Below, piece after piece: positions 42,559 to 55,570 of a stretch of DNA of 64,000 nt (position 1 is its first letter; every line of letters starts with the position of its first letter). Both the position numbers and the translations under genes were made by a program. Location of the stretch: NCBI RefSeq assembly GCF_009914755.1, contig NC_060926.1; one strand, given 5' to 3'. The DNA is from the human T2T-CHM13v2.0 reference genome, Homo sapiens. The notes under the pieces were generated by a model that made no database searches, was not told the DNA's origin, and saw only the letters and a list, made by a program, of their open reading frames with translations.

Positions 42559-45298
42559 TGGCGACTAGAAGCAGAAAGGAGCGTGGTTTTATATGGACAT
42601 TTTTAGCTGACATTTCACTGGATACCTTCGGGTGTCAAAATGAAACAGAATTAACCTCCCTGCCCTGTTCACACATTATAATCACTACCATATTCCCATA
42701 TTTATGTACACTGCTGGGTTACCATCCCTAGAAGGTCTTAATCAAATGGTTGAAAAAATACATTCTGCTTTAGGTCTGTCAACTGGCCAGTATTTTCCTA
42801 TCACGCATAGTAATGACGTGAGCCATTGTTAAAGCAAACCTGACCTTTTTAAAGGAAGGCCCAATCAAGTGTCATACCCAGTGTTCAGAAATGACCTTGT
42901 AAAAGGCCTTCTCACAGTGAAAGCAATCTTGGAAGAAACCATTTCCCGAGAAAAGCCAATTTGGTATCCCGTAAAATCTGTTCGAGTTTCTTCTATTGGA
43001 TTCTGTCCTGGGCTTCCAAGGGGATTACAGATTACAAACCTGAAGGAAAGCCTTTTCTTAGTTGGAAGAAAAACAAATGAAATATGCAAGATGTTTGTAT
43101 TTCTAACAGCTAAAATATGTTTACACACACACAAACATACACATACACCCCACTAAGGATATAAACTTTCTAATGAGTGCCTGCAGTCCTGTCTCTTTTC
43201 TGTGCTGAGACTTCAGCATAAAAATCAGATTGCATCTGTCACCATTCAGCAGTATGCGCAATGAAAGCTCTGGAAATCTCTGCTTCCTTGGAGCCTGCAC
43301 CAGCTCCTTGAAAGTGACTGTGACCTCTCCTGTGTTCCCCGCCCTCCCTACACTCGGGTCCTCTCCTGGCTCTCCCTCCCTTACCTGTCCAAGGAAGTGG
43401 CATGTGTTTACCACCTGGTGGTTACAGGAGACCCATGCAGGTGTGTCTGTTGGAAAGTGTAGCGAGTGGACTCTTTCCAAAGGGGTGACCTCATCAGTCC
43501 TGAAAAACAACTGCCCAAATGGACATTTGTGTAGCGCACTTCACTTTGCATAATGACCTCAGGTGCTCTCGGTCTTTTTCAGTCCTCAATGAACGCTGAG
43601 CTCTTGAGAACACTTGAGACTGGTTGTCCATTGAGTGGGATATTAAAGAAAATGCAATCTCCATCTGTAGACCCGGGGGATGGAGAGCAGAGATGTCCTT
43701 GTGTGGTATAACACAGTTCCTTCCCCGTGCTCTTGACAGCTGCCTCCTGTCTTCTCCTGCCTGCCGTCTTCCTCTAGGATTCTGTCCACGTGGCACAGCT
43801 AGGGGCTGGTTATTTTGTTCTCTGGTGCCCTTGCTAATGTGGGCCCCAGTCAGGACATTTTCTAAGGTCCAAGTCTTCAAAACAGCATCTCCTGGTCAGA
43901 ACAGGTCTCACCCAGATGGAGAAAGGAATCCTCCACTCACCCTCCCTCCCTGCCCTAACCACCCGCTCCTGGCAGAATTCACCACTCACCCAGTGCCCTC
44001 TCTATTTTGAGTCAGGAGAACATCGATAACTTGGATGCACTTACCTGTGGTGTGTCCATCTTCCCACACTAGACTGACCTTTTTGAGGGCACTTCCTTCT
44101 CTAATATTTGCCATTCTGCTGAGCACATGGTACACTGTTTGCTTGGTCTTTATTTGTGGAACAAATTAAGGAATGCATTGTGTGTGGATGTCTGTGTGAC
44201 TCCTGTTCCCAACTCTTACAAACTTGGGGCAATTTCAGTTTCATCAGTTGTAGATAGAAGTACAATCATATTGCAGGGCTCTTGAAGTAGCACAGAAAAG
44301 GCCTCACATATGAGGTTGTCAAAAAATCCACTCCCTTTCCCGGCTGTCTTCAGCCTCTTGATGTCTTCATGTACAGGCTTTTATTACTAGCCATGGTGAG
44401 GCTCCATCTTATCTAGGACCAGCAATATGTCTCATAGGTTTTGGCATTTCCTTCCTCCCTTGCAAAGGCTTCAACCATCATTTCAGGTGCACGGTGAAGC
44501 AGTTGGTTCTTCTGAGCCAGCTCCAGGTATTTCCTCAGGGACAGTGAGGCAGGGGAGGGGTGGGGCGAAGGGTCCTCCCCTTGTCCCCATGAACCTCGCC
44601 CAGGGCCTGGGCCACCGCAGGCCTGTGTCCAGTCTGCTTGGGAACTGTGAGCTTTGCCTATAGGTCTGGCCCTCCCACGCCATGACTGTGGTGAGGCCTG
44701 GTAGGTCATTGTCATCCCCGGAAGCTGGCTGCTGAGGGCACAAGCCCCCACAAAGGAAGAAAGCGCCCATAAAACCCTGTACACAGACCTGCCCGAGGCA
44801 GTGTCTGCCCTTGGGAATGACAGCCATCTGTGTGCTTGGACGCAAGTTGGGGTGATCAGGGACAGGGCAGGTAGAGACCAACAGGTGGGGAGGAGCAGGT
44901 GTATCCTCAGCCTGGATATGCGCTCAGGTCAGGAATACAGTTTACATTACAGCACAGTGTGTGTGCAGGGACACACACACACACATGCACTGTACACACA
45001 CACACAGAATGGAAACAAACATCTTATCAAAATCACACAAGATACATTCTGATCTCTTCTTTGATTTTTTTTATTCCACTCCAGGCTGGCCTAGTCTATT
45101 TCAATTTTTAAATGTTGGTCATGGCCATCTACATTGAATTGACATCCATTTACATTCATAGTTGGAGACCCTCCATTTGCAAAGTGGTGCCTTAAGCAAT
45201 TACCCCCAACACCAGTGGGGACTTTTGAGCCCAGGTTTCTGGGCACGAAGGTGAAAGTAGGCAGGTGGTTGGGTTTCAGGAACCAGTGAGGACACAGG

Positions 45299-45449
45299 AA
45301 GAGTCAGGACTAGGGTGAGGCAAGAAAGGTGCCTAATTTAGAGGCATACAATTTGAAGAGGTGCTTACTCTCTGCCCTCACAGAATGTGAGAGCAGCTTT
45401 CAGTTTTGTGCCCAAGGCACCTCTCTCCCCTCACCCAGCCCCAGCCCTG
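45299..45449. mobile_element. MER96 palindromic hAT MITE
   Basis: tcaggactagggtgaggcaag... / ...cctcacccagccccagccctg inverted arms. Confidence 0.75.
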
Positions 45450-46676
45450 GCTTCTAGATGTGATCATCCCATTTTACAGATGATAACTCTGTCATGGAGG
45501 TAACAAAGACTGCGACTGAGGTCCTGGGGCTGAGGCAGGATTCCAGCCTGGGTCTGGCTAACATGAGCCCAAGCTGCTTCCCAGGCATTCTGCATTCTCT
45601 GCCCAGCCCTGTGGGAGGTCCCTGAGGCAGGACGCAGCCACATGAACCCCAACTGAACAGTCAGCCCAGGGGAACACTTAACTTACACAAAGCAAAAAGA
45701 AACGGCTTTCAAACATCACTGTGGTACAAAATTAGGACCCCCGACGGATAGAGTGAGTTTCTGAAGACAGACCGGGGTGTGTTGGCTGGGTGGTTTCTTA
45801 GAGCACACATCCTATTCCACAGTCTTCGGGCTAGACTGGCTCAGCCCCTTGTGCTTATTAATGGATCCTTTCCCACCTGGCAGGACCTGCAGCATGGTTT
45901 GCAGTGGGGAGAATCTGCAGGCCGGCTGGAGCTACTGTCAGTGGAGGAAGCTTCCAGATGCAATAGGGCCCACGTCCAGGCTCAGCTCACCCCACTGTCG
46001 CTGTTTCACAACTTAGCACCTCCCAGAATAGAGGTCTAAGTGAGTGAGTGTCTGGGACAGGCTCTTTCTGGAGCCCTGGGACTTGCTCATTTCCTTCCCC
46101 TCCATGTGCTCCGCTGGGGTCCCTCTTGCTCTTGTTCCACACCCTCCTCCTGCACTGGCTCCTTCCGTACTGCTGCTGACATGCAGGACTGTCCCACTCT
46201 CAGTGAAGCCTCCCTTCTGCACAGGCCTCCCCGTTCCCACCAGCTGGGATACTGTGGATCCTCTGGAGTCAAGCTGTCTGCCTGGGACAGAGCATGGCCA
46301 GCGTGGTTAAAAGAGCCTGAACCTGCCTCTGACCCATGGGCTGCCAGGCTCAGATGAGTTCACATAGGAATCACAGCTTAGCCATTACCTAGTCATCCTT
46401 CATTCCATCACCCGCTGCTCAAGGACTGGGGCGCTGTCACACGTGCATACCGCACAGCTTCTCAAAGGCCAACCTATCACAGTGTCATACAGAAAGCAGG
46501 CTTGCAACACATAAGTGTTGAATTAATAAAGGTCCCGTGAGGAGAAAGTGGAGCCCACAGGATAGCAAGTCCAATTAAGAAAATCCAGGGGGCACTGGAC
46601 TTGGAAGTGCAGAGGGGCCCAGCAGAGAAGCTTATGAATCAGGTCGAGAAGAGAGGGCTGTTGTCCCCTGCTTGAA

Positions 46677-46850
46677 GGTTGAGAAATTTAGAGTGGATTC
46701 AGCCTAGATTCAACTTCTGGCTGTGAGACTTTGGTCCATTTACTGAGTCTTTTTCACCTTTAGTTTTCTTATCAGGAAAAAATGGGGACAATAACAGCGG
46801 CAGCCTGCAAGGCGTATTTTGGGGATTTAATAAGATGTGAGTGGAAGGCC
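46677..46850 (+). mobile_element. MIR
   Basis: gctgtgagactttgg...aaaatggggacaataacag...ggatttaataagat. Confidence 0.65.
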
Positions 46851-47324
46851 CATGCGTCATGATGAAGGTCAGCAGTTCGTCCTGAAGCCTGGGCTTGCTC
46901 TGCTCTTGGCAGAGGGCAGCAGCCCCCCCACACCCCTTTGCAGGTAGCCAGGGACAGAACAGTTCAGAGCTCCCCACAGGTGGGCCTGCCCTTCCCTAGA
47001 GCACAGCTCTGCGGAACTGGGCTGTGAGCCAATGCCCTCACCTGCACCCGGCAGCCCAGTCTGAAATCCGCTGGTGGCCAGGGTGGCAATGGCCATGACT
47101 TGGCTGCACCTTCCACAGCCTGATGTCCACGCGGGAGTCCTCATGCCAGAGTTTTTAACCCTTCAATGTCTAAGGTAGGCTTTAAAGGCTGGGAAGAGGT
47201 ACCTCTCCATCTCATTCACATTCTGTCTGGGGTGCCATATATCAGAATCAGACAAACTTCCTCTCTCTTGGCCATCAATGCCATATTTGCTTAGGGTAGA
47301 AAATTAGGGAAATACAGAAAAGTG

Positions 47325-47825
47325 AACACACACATAAACTCAAACATACACACATGCACACATACACACATGCACACACACATACACACATGCATACACA
47401 TACACACATACACATGCGCACATACACATACACATGCACACATACACATATGCACACATGCATACACATACACACATACACACATGCACACATGCACACA
47501 TACACACATGTATACACATGCACACATGCACACATACAAACATGTATACACATACACACATACACATACACAATGGCACACATACACACATGCACACATG
47601 CACACATACTCACACATGCACACATGCACACATGCACACACATACATACACACATGCACACATACACACATGCATACACATACACACATGCATACACATG
47701 CACACACATGCACACACATACACATACACACATGCACACACACATGCACACATGCACATACACACATGCACACATACACACATGCATACACATACACACA
47801 TACATACATGCACACATACACACAT
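47325..47825. repeat. Degenerate (CA)n / CACATG-CACATA tract
   Basis: About 500 bp of near-continuous pyrimidine-purine alternation. Confidence 0.95.
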
Positions 47826-47982
47826 CAGCCATCATATCACTAACAAGAAGAAGACATGTTTAATATTTTATTACAATCTGTGTTTTTAAATACATTTTTT
47901 CTTATATAAATGAAATCCCTATGTAGGTAATTTTTAACCTGCTTTGGTTGTTGTTTAACATTAGAACACAAGTGTTTTCCTG

Positions 47983-48299
47983 TTTTGTTTTGTTTTTTGT
48001 TTGTTTGTTTGTTTGTTTTGAGCAGGGTCTTGCTCTGTCACCCAGGCTGGAATGCAGTATGTGATCTCAGCTCACTGCAACCTCTGCCTCCTGGGTTCAA
48101 GTGAGTCTCCTTCCTCAGTCTCCCGAGTAGCTGGGACTACAGGCATGCACCACCACGCCCGGCTGATTTTTGTATTTTTAGTAGAGTCAGGGTTTCGCCA
48201 TGTTGGCCAGGCTGGTCTCGAACTCCTGACCCCAAATGATCCACCCACCTCTGCCTCCCAAAGTGCTGGGATTACAGGTGTGAGCCACCTTGCCTGGCC
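47983..48299 (-). mobile_element. AluS element within an old L1 fragment
   Basis: Antisense Alu, TSD tgttttcctg at 47973 and 48300. Confidence 0.94.
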
Positions 48300-48498
48300 T
48301 GTTTTCCTGGCCTGTTTCCTGAATGCATCATGATCTACATACTCTGTTCCCTGACTTGAGACACAGATTATTTCTAATTTTTCTCTATTATAAATATAGC
48401 TGTGATAGATATGAAAATATATTTTATATCAAATTCTGCCTATATTTTTCCTGAAAAATATTTTAGCTAGATCTGATGTTGCTAAGAAGGGAGAAATA

Positions 48499-48893
48499 AG
48501 CTGGTTTTTAAATGTTTTTTCTCTAAAAGAGCATACAGTAAACATTTTTTGCTAAGTGCTCCGTAAAGTCTCCATCACAACTATTCAGCTCTGCCATCAT
48601 ACCACAAAAACATCCACAGACATTTGGGTGTGGCTGTGTTCCAGTAAAACCTTATTTACAAAAACAGCCAGTGGGCCAGATTTGGCCCGCCAGCCATAGT
48701 GAGCTGACCTGCTCTTCCAACACCAGCCTGGTCCACGCTCCGCCTGCCACTAAGGTAGCCTCTTTCTTCTTGCCTGGCTAACATCTGCTCTTCCATTAGG
48801 TTTCAGTAAATATTCGTTTCCCAGGGAGCTCGTTCCTGAGTCTTTAGAACGGATTCTGTCTTTTAGAACAGTTATCCCAGCTGTAATTAAAGA
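48499..48893 (-). repeat. Inverted duplication, left arm (MER58A + L2 fragment + unique sequence)
   Basis: Reverse complement of 49645-50038; 45-nt exact block 48674-48718 / 49821-49865. Confidence 0.95.
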
Positions 48894-49644
48894 GATCTTT
48901 ACAGAGAAAATCATTATTCGCTGATTCCCCTTCTTCATCTGAAATGTCAGTGGCGTTCTTGGCTTTTTCCTTCTTGGGTCTTCCAGGGCCTACCATAGAT
49001 TTTCCACACAGAGGAAAATCTGATGTATTAAATCATGGGACGCAATGTACTTTTCACACCAACAATCCTGAGGCCCTGAAGGTCGACGCGTTAATCCTCA
49101 CAACAGACCCATGAGATGAGCGTGGTTCTCGCTTTTACAGAAGAGCAAATGGAAGATCAGAGAAGCTCAATAACTCACACCAAGCCCCAGGGCTGGTGAG
49201 GGGAACGTTGACCTGGAAAAAGCTGCTGGCGTGCTCCACAGAGAGCTCACTCAAGGGACAGGAAGGCACCACCAATGGCCTCGATCCCATCGCCTCGCCT
49301 GGGGAGGGGAGCTGAGGAGAAGCCACAGAAGGATCGACTCATACTTCCATTTATTAGGCTTGGTCAGATCAAGGAGGCAAACTTGGCCTAGCTTTTACGC
49401 AGCCACTCAGTTTTCTAATCAAATGACTCCATCGAGTTATCAATTTGATCGACAGATATAAATTGAGCCTCCACCAGGTGCCACGCTGAGAATAGTATGG
49501 GGAGTGAAGCTGGCTTTCCCTGGTGACTCATGGAGAGGCAGACATTGAACTATCACACACACACACACACATGCACACACACAGGCACACACGCGCATGC
49601 ACACACACACACATGCACACATGCACACACACATACATTCTCTT

Positions 49645-50038
49645 TCTTGAATTACAGCTGGGATAATTGTTTTAAAAGACAGAATCCATTCTAAAGTCTC
49701 CAGGAAGAGCTCTCCGGGACAGGAATATTTACTGAAACCCAACGGAAGAGCAAGTGTTAGCCAGGCAAGAAGGAAGAGGCTACCTCAGCGGCAGGCGGAG
49801 TGTGGACCAGGCCTGGAGTCGGAAGAGCAGGTCAGCTCACTATGGCTGGCGGGCCAAATCTGGCCACTCTCTGTTTTTACAAGCAAAGTTTGACTGGAAC
49901 ACAGCCACACCCAAATGTTTGTGGATATTTTTGTGGTACAATGGCAGAGCTGAATAGTTGTGATGGAGACTTACGAAACACGTATCCTCAAATATTTACT
50001 GAGTGGTCTTCTAGAGAAAAAGTTCCAAAATCCCAGCT
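49645..50038 (+). repeat. Inverted duplication, right arm (unique sequence + L2 fragment + MER58A)
   Basis: Reverse complement of 48499-48893; MER58A motif ctatggctggcgggccaaatctggcc...tggaacacagccacaccca. Confidence 0.95.
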
Positions 50039-50127
50039 GTGGAGAAATAGGACAAGGTGGCTGGGGCATGGTGAAAGAGGGGACATCGGTGGGACCCTAT
50101 GGGCCTCAGGGACCACAGGAGAGAGTT

Positions 50128-50922
<795 letters not shown>

Positions 50923-51300
50923 TGATTTATATATTTTTTAAAATTACATATTTGACATAACAGTCCCTAATACTCAGCTTTAGGCTTGCTTTTCTTGATT
51001 TCTAGTAGTTCTTAATAAATATTTGCTAAATGAATGAAATAATCTTAGTAAAAGTTTTAGGTGACATTCAGATATAATGGAAACATGGTCATATCATGAA
51101 GTTCTTGATTATATTATATTTTTACCATAAGCCATTTCTTTTTAGAAAGTGTTCGTCCTGTAAATAAACAAACTATTCTCAAATGTTTTCTATTAACACT
51201 TTCTACAATTAATTGCTGTCCTTTTTGGTAGTGATATTCTAGTTCAATAATTTAGCTCAAAGCAGATTAGCTGTACACAGGGCAGGGTTATGATTGCCTT

Positions 51301-51604
51301 TATTTATTTTTTTTTTTTTGAGATGGAGTCTTGCTCTTTCACCCAGGCTAGAGTGCAGTGGCACCATCTTAGCTCACTACAACATCCACCTCCCGGGTTC
51401 GAGTGATTCTTCTGCCTCAGCCTCCTGAGTAGCTGGGACTACAGGCGCCTGCCACCACTTCTAGCTAAATTTTTTTTGTATTTTTGGTAGATACGGGGTT
51501 TCATCATGTTGGCCAGGCTAGTCTCGAACTTCTGACCTCAGATGATCCACCCACCTCAGCCTCCAAAGTGCTGGGATTACAGGCGTGAGCCATTGTGACT
51601 GGCC
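51301..51604 (-). mobile_element. AluS element
   Basis: Full antisense Alu dimer with poly(T). Confidence 0.94.
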
Positions 51605-52010
51605 TGATAATTACCTTTTGATTTTGCTGTGCTCGGTTGCTGCTGCCGTGAAGCCCAGTTCCCCAGCTGAATTGGGCATCAGTTCACAATGTAGAGCTTC
51701 CCAAGGATGCCAGGCCCAATGGGTCCATTTGCTTATTAGTGTTAGTTGACACTTACAGGTCAGAGCAAAAGTGTTAGTTCCCTCCTTGAGCAAGGTTGTC
51801 CTGGACAGAAGATACACGAACATCCCAGTATGACCATCTGGTCAACCTGACAATTAACTGCCCCTGCTGAAGCAAGTCCTGGGGGTCAAGGGACTGCTCC
51901 CTGGCCATGCCCATGCACACGAACACATACCCATGCACACATTCCCATGTGCACACACTTGCACACATGTATTTACCCTCATTCCTAATCACTTGTGTTC
52001 CAGTGGTCAG

Positions 52011-52448
52011 TGTGATGGGTAATTTTATGTGTTAACTTGACTGAGCCATGGGGTAACTAGATATTTGGGCAAACATTATTCTGGGTGTATCTGTAGGGCG
52101 TTTCTGGGTGAGAGCCACATTTGAGTCAGCAGAATGAGGAAAGTGGATGACCCTCCCTTGTGGGTAGGCCTCCACCCAGCAGCTGAAGACCTGGCTAGAA
52201 CCAAAGGCTGAGTAAGCAGGAACTCCTCCTGCCCAACTATTTGAGCTGGGCCATGGGCAGTTTCCTGCTTTTAGACTCAGAGTGAAACACCAGCTCTTCT
52301 TAGGTCTCAAGCCTGCCAGCTTTGGGACTTGGAACTACACCTTTGGCTCTTCAGGGTCTCCAGCTTGCCGACTGCGGACGTTGGGGCTTCTTGGCCTCTA
52401 TAGTTGCATGAGCCAATTCCTTATAATAAATCTCTCTCTCCCTACACA

Positions 52449-52487
<39 letters not shown>

Positions 52488-52513
52488 TGGTTCTGTTTCT
52501 CTGAAGAAATGCA
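52011..52513 (+). mobile_element. MLT2B-like ERVL solo LTR
   Basis: tgtgatgggtaattttatgtgttaacttgactgagcca...catgagccaattccttataataaatctc...attggttctgtttctctg. Confidence 0.9.
52450..52485. repeat. Pure (CA)n microsatellite inside the MLT2 LTR
   Basis: About 18 uninterrupted CA units. Confidence 0.95.
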
Positions 52514-52536
52514 GTGTATTAGATGAAGAAATACAG

Positions 52537-53048
52537 TGTATTAGATTAGTTAGTATATATAAACAATGGGATATAGGCATAGATATGGATATATATTATT
52601 ATGGGAATTGGCTCATGAGATTATCGAGGTGGAGAAGACCCACAGGAGACCATCTGCAAGCTGGAGAACCAGGGAAGCCTGGTGGCCTAGCCCAGTCCAA
52701 GTCAGAAGGCCTAAGAACCTGGGAACTGAGAGGGTAACTCTCCGTACAAAGAGTCCTGGAGTCCCAAGGCCAGGGAACCTGGAGTTCTGATGACCAGGGG
52801 CAGGAGATGTGCGTCTCAGATGCAGAGACAGAGAATTCACCTTTCATTGGTCTTTTGTTCTATCTGGGCCCTCAGCCCACTGGAGAGTACTACCCACATT
52901 GTGTGAGGATGGATCTTCTTTACTCAGCCTGGAATCAAATGCTAGCCTCTTCTGGAGGCACTTCATAGACCACCTGGAGGTAACACTTTATGAGTCAGCA
53001 AGGAATCCCTTAACCCAGTCAAGTAAGCATCCAAAATTAACTCTCAGA
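52537..53048 (-). mobile_element. MLT2 (B3/B4-like) ERVL solo LTR, opposite orientation
   Basis: ggaattggctcatg...catctgcaagctggagaaccagggaagc...cttaacccagtcaagt...aaaattaac. Confidence 0.85.
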
Positions 53049-53118
53049 AGCAGTCAGTATTTTCCAAACATGACTCAGCAATTCCAACTTCCCAGTTAGC
53101 TTTCTCTCTGCATTATAA

Positions 53119-53438
<320 letters not shown>

Positions 53439-53829
53439 TGACTTATTTTCATAATACATTATGTTAAAAAGGGACCTTAGTATCACTGCTTCTCCTTGAA
53501 AGCCACCATCATTTACCATGAATAAAGGCCAAATCATGCTGTTACCCTTAGGGTAGTTTCTGTGACCTGCCTAGTCTCAGCCTTCTAGGCCTGCTCGTTC
53601 TCTCTGCTAAACTGAGAGATAAGCCAGTGCTGGATGTCAAAGGTGGAGGCAGCAAAGATAGAGACAGAGGCTATAAAGTTCTCACTGTGTGATTTATGAC
53701 TCGATGGCTTGCACTTGTCCCACATTGCAGAACAGTGGCCGATCCCTGGGGTCAGCCCTGCCCCTGTCCCTGGGCGCTGACCCATAGACTCAGCTTCCCT
53801 TAATGACAGAGGTCAAGAGAAGGCCGGGG

Positions 53830-54012
53830 AGTGGTTCTCAAGCCTTATTTTACTGAAAAATCACCAGGAGAGTTTGGTAGAAATGCAGCTCTTGGGGCAG
53901 AGGAAGGAATCTCCAGAGGTTCTGATTTGGGGAGAGGTTGAGGAGTGGACACGTTTACAAGCATCCAGGTCATTCTTGGGCAGGTGGCTGCAGCCTGTCC
54001 TCAGAGACACAG
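53830..54012. mobile_element. MER5-like hAT MITE
   Basis: agtggttctcaa...aatcaccaggagagtttggtagaaatgcag...ccagaggttctgatt. Confidence 0.55.
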
Positions 54013-54426
54013 CAGGGGGCTTGGACAATGAAGGTCTGGTTTGAGCGCAGTCTTTCTGGATGAAGGCCTCCAGCCAAACAACAACAAATAGCTCTCAATC
54101 AGCCTGAGACAGAGGTCTGGCTTCATTCACAGCACCGTGGTTCAGAAAAAAATCTATGCACTATAAATGTGCACACAATTCTATCTGCTTATAAGAGTGA
54201 TTTTGGTTTGAGGCACTTTATTGCCAGATTCCTGGGATGAGAAGTTGTTGGATGTTTACTTAGATCAAAAAAGAGTTCATTAAAATATAAAATGCATTTA
54301 ATATTCACTCTGGGTTAGAGGGGTACGTGCCAGCTGCCTTCTGGGACAGCAGCTACATTCAGGCAGTGAGAACTCAGAAGTTCCCTGCTCACCAGGAATC
54401 CTGAACAGCAGTTCATTTCCACTTTC

Positions 54427-54857
54427 TGTGGGGGGCTTCACAGCGGCCCCAAGAAGATAATGTCCCTCTCCCACTCCCTGGAACTGTATTACCTTACGTG
54501 GCACAAAGCATGGTTCGGTGAAGGGTCCTGGCCCTTGAGCCTAAAGTAATGGCAAGTGTTCTTGTAAGAACGGAGTAGAGGGAGTTCATACGAGCAGAAG
54601 AGAAGGGGCCATGGGCTGGTGGCAGGGAGGGGGCGAGAAAGAGACTGGAATGATGCTGTTTCCAGCCTTAGAGTCCCTGGAACCACCGGAAGCTCCAGGG
54701 AATTCTTTCCTAGGCCCTTGGGGAGGGAGCACAGCCCTGCCACCACTTTGATCTCAGACTTCTGGCCTCAGAACTATGAGAGAATAAATTTCCGTTGTTA
54801 TAAGCCACCAAATATGTGGTAATTTGTTACAAATAGCAGCCTCAGAAAATGAATGCA
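54427..54857 (+). mobile_element. MLT1-family MaLR LTR
   Basis: cactttgatctcagacttctggcctcagaactatgagagaataaatttccgttgttataagccacc...gtggtaatttgttac. Confidence 0.85.
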
Positions 54858-55334
54858 CCTCCTAGAAGGACTCAGGAATGGAATTCAAGGAGCTGTGGGT
54901 GTGGCTCTCTATAAACAACACAAACCTTTTGGTTCTCCACAAAGAGGGTCAGACAGACTGAACGGCTGAGTTTCTCGTGGAATATGGATGCAGGTGTACA
55001 CACACACACATACACACACACACAATAACTTTGCTACAAAGATATGGGTTCTGTGCTCTCACCTGGGCAGGCCTGGCTAAGCAGACTGTGCAGCCATGAA
55101 TGGGTAACCCCCCTGTGCTTCTTCACGGCCTGCCAGATGTAGGGTACTTTCCTCTGCCCCACAGAATACGCAGTCCTGCGGGGCACCTCTCTTCCCAGAC
55201 TCCAAGAGGACTTTGGGGCCAGGCAATGGGGTTGGCTGTGCTTTCAGGAAAATCCAGAGCAGCGCTGCCCAAAGGAAATACAGTGTGAGCCCTATACCCG
55301 ACCTTACATTTCCTAGAATCCAAGCTTTAGAACT

Positions 55335-55570
55335 TTAAAAATAAGGGTGAAATTAATTTTAATAATATATTTTATTGGTCTCAATAGATCCAACATTATT
55401 TTCACAGGTACCCTTTATGGGAATTATGTGTGAAATATTTTACCTTTTTTTCTTGTGTTGACTGCTAAATTGGGCATGTATTTTACACTTTCAGAGCATC
55501 TCAGTTTGAGCGTGGGCGTTCCCAGTGTTCATTAGCCACACAGCCAGTGGCCTCTGTGCCGGGCAACATG
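55335..55570. mobile_element. MER33/MER3-like hAT fragment
   Basis: ggtgaaattaattttaataatatattttatt and tgtattttacactttcagagcatctcagttt motifs. Confidence 0.7.

Noticed and set aside
43385-43499. Possible minus-strand exon (tttttcag acceptor, cag|gtaagg donor); other isolated consensus donors at 35162-35183 and 44039-44047
   Set aside because: Short pyrimidine tract, and no coherent chain of exons can be built from sequence alone.
48499-50040. Interpretation of the inverted duplication as a Foldback/Mutator-type transposon or hAT alternative-transposition product
   Set aside because: Arms are made of host MER58A/L2 debris, share a mutated MER58A terminus (ctg instead of cag), and L2-like sequence appears to continue across the right boundary.
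54131-54146. REST/RE1-like cagcaccgtggttcag
   Set aside because: Right half-site (GGACAG) is not matched.
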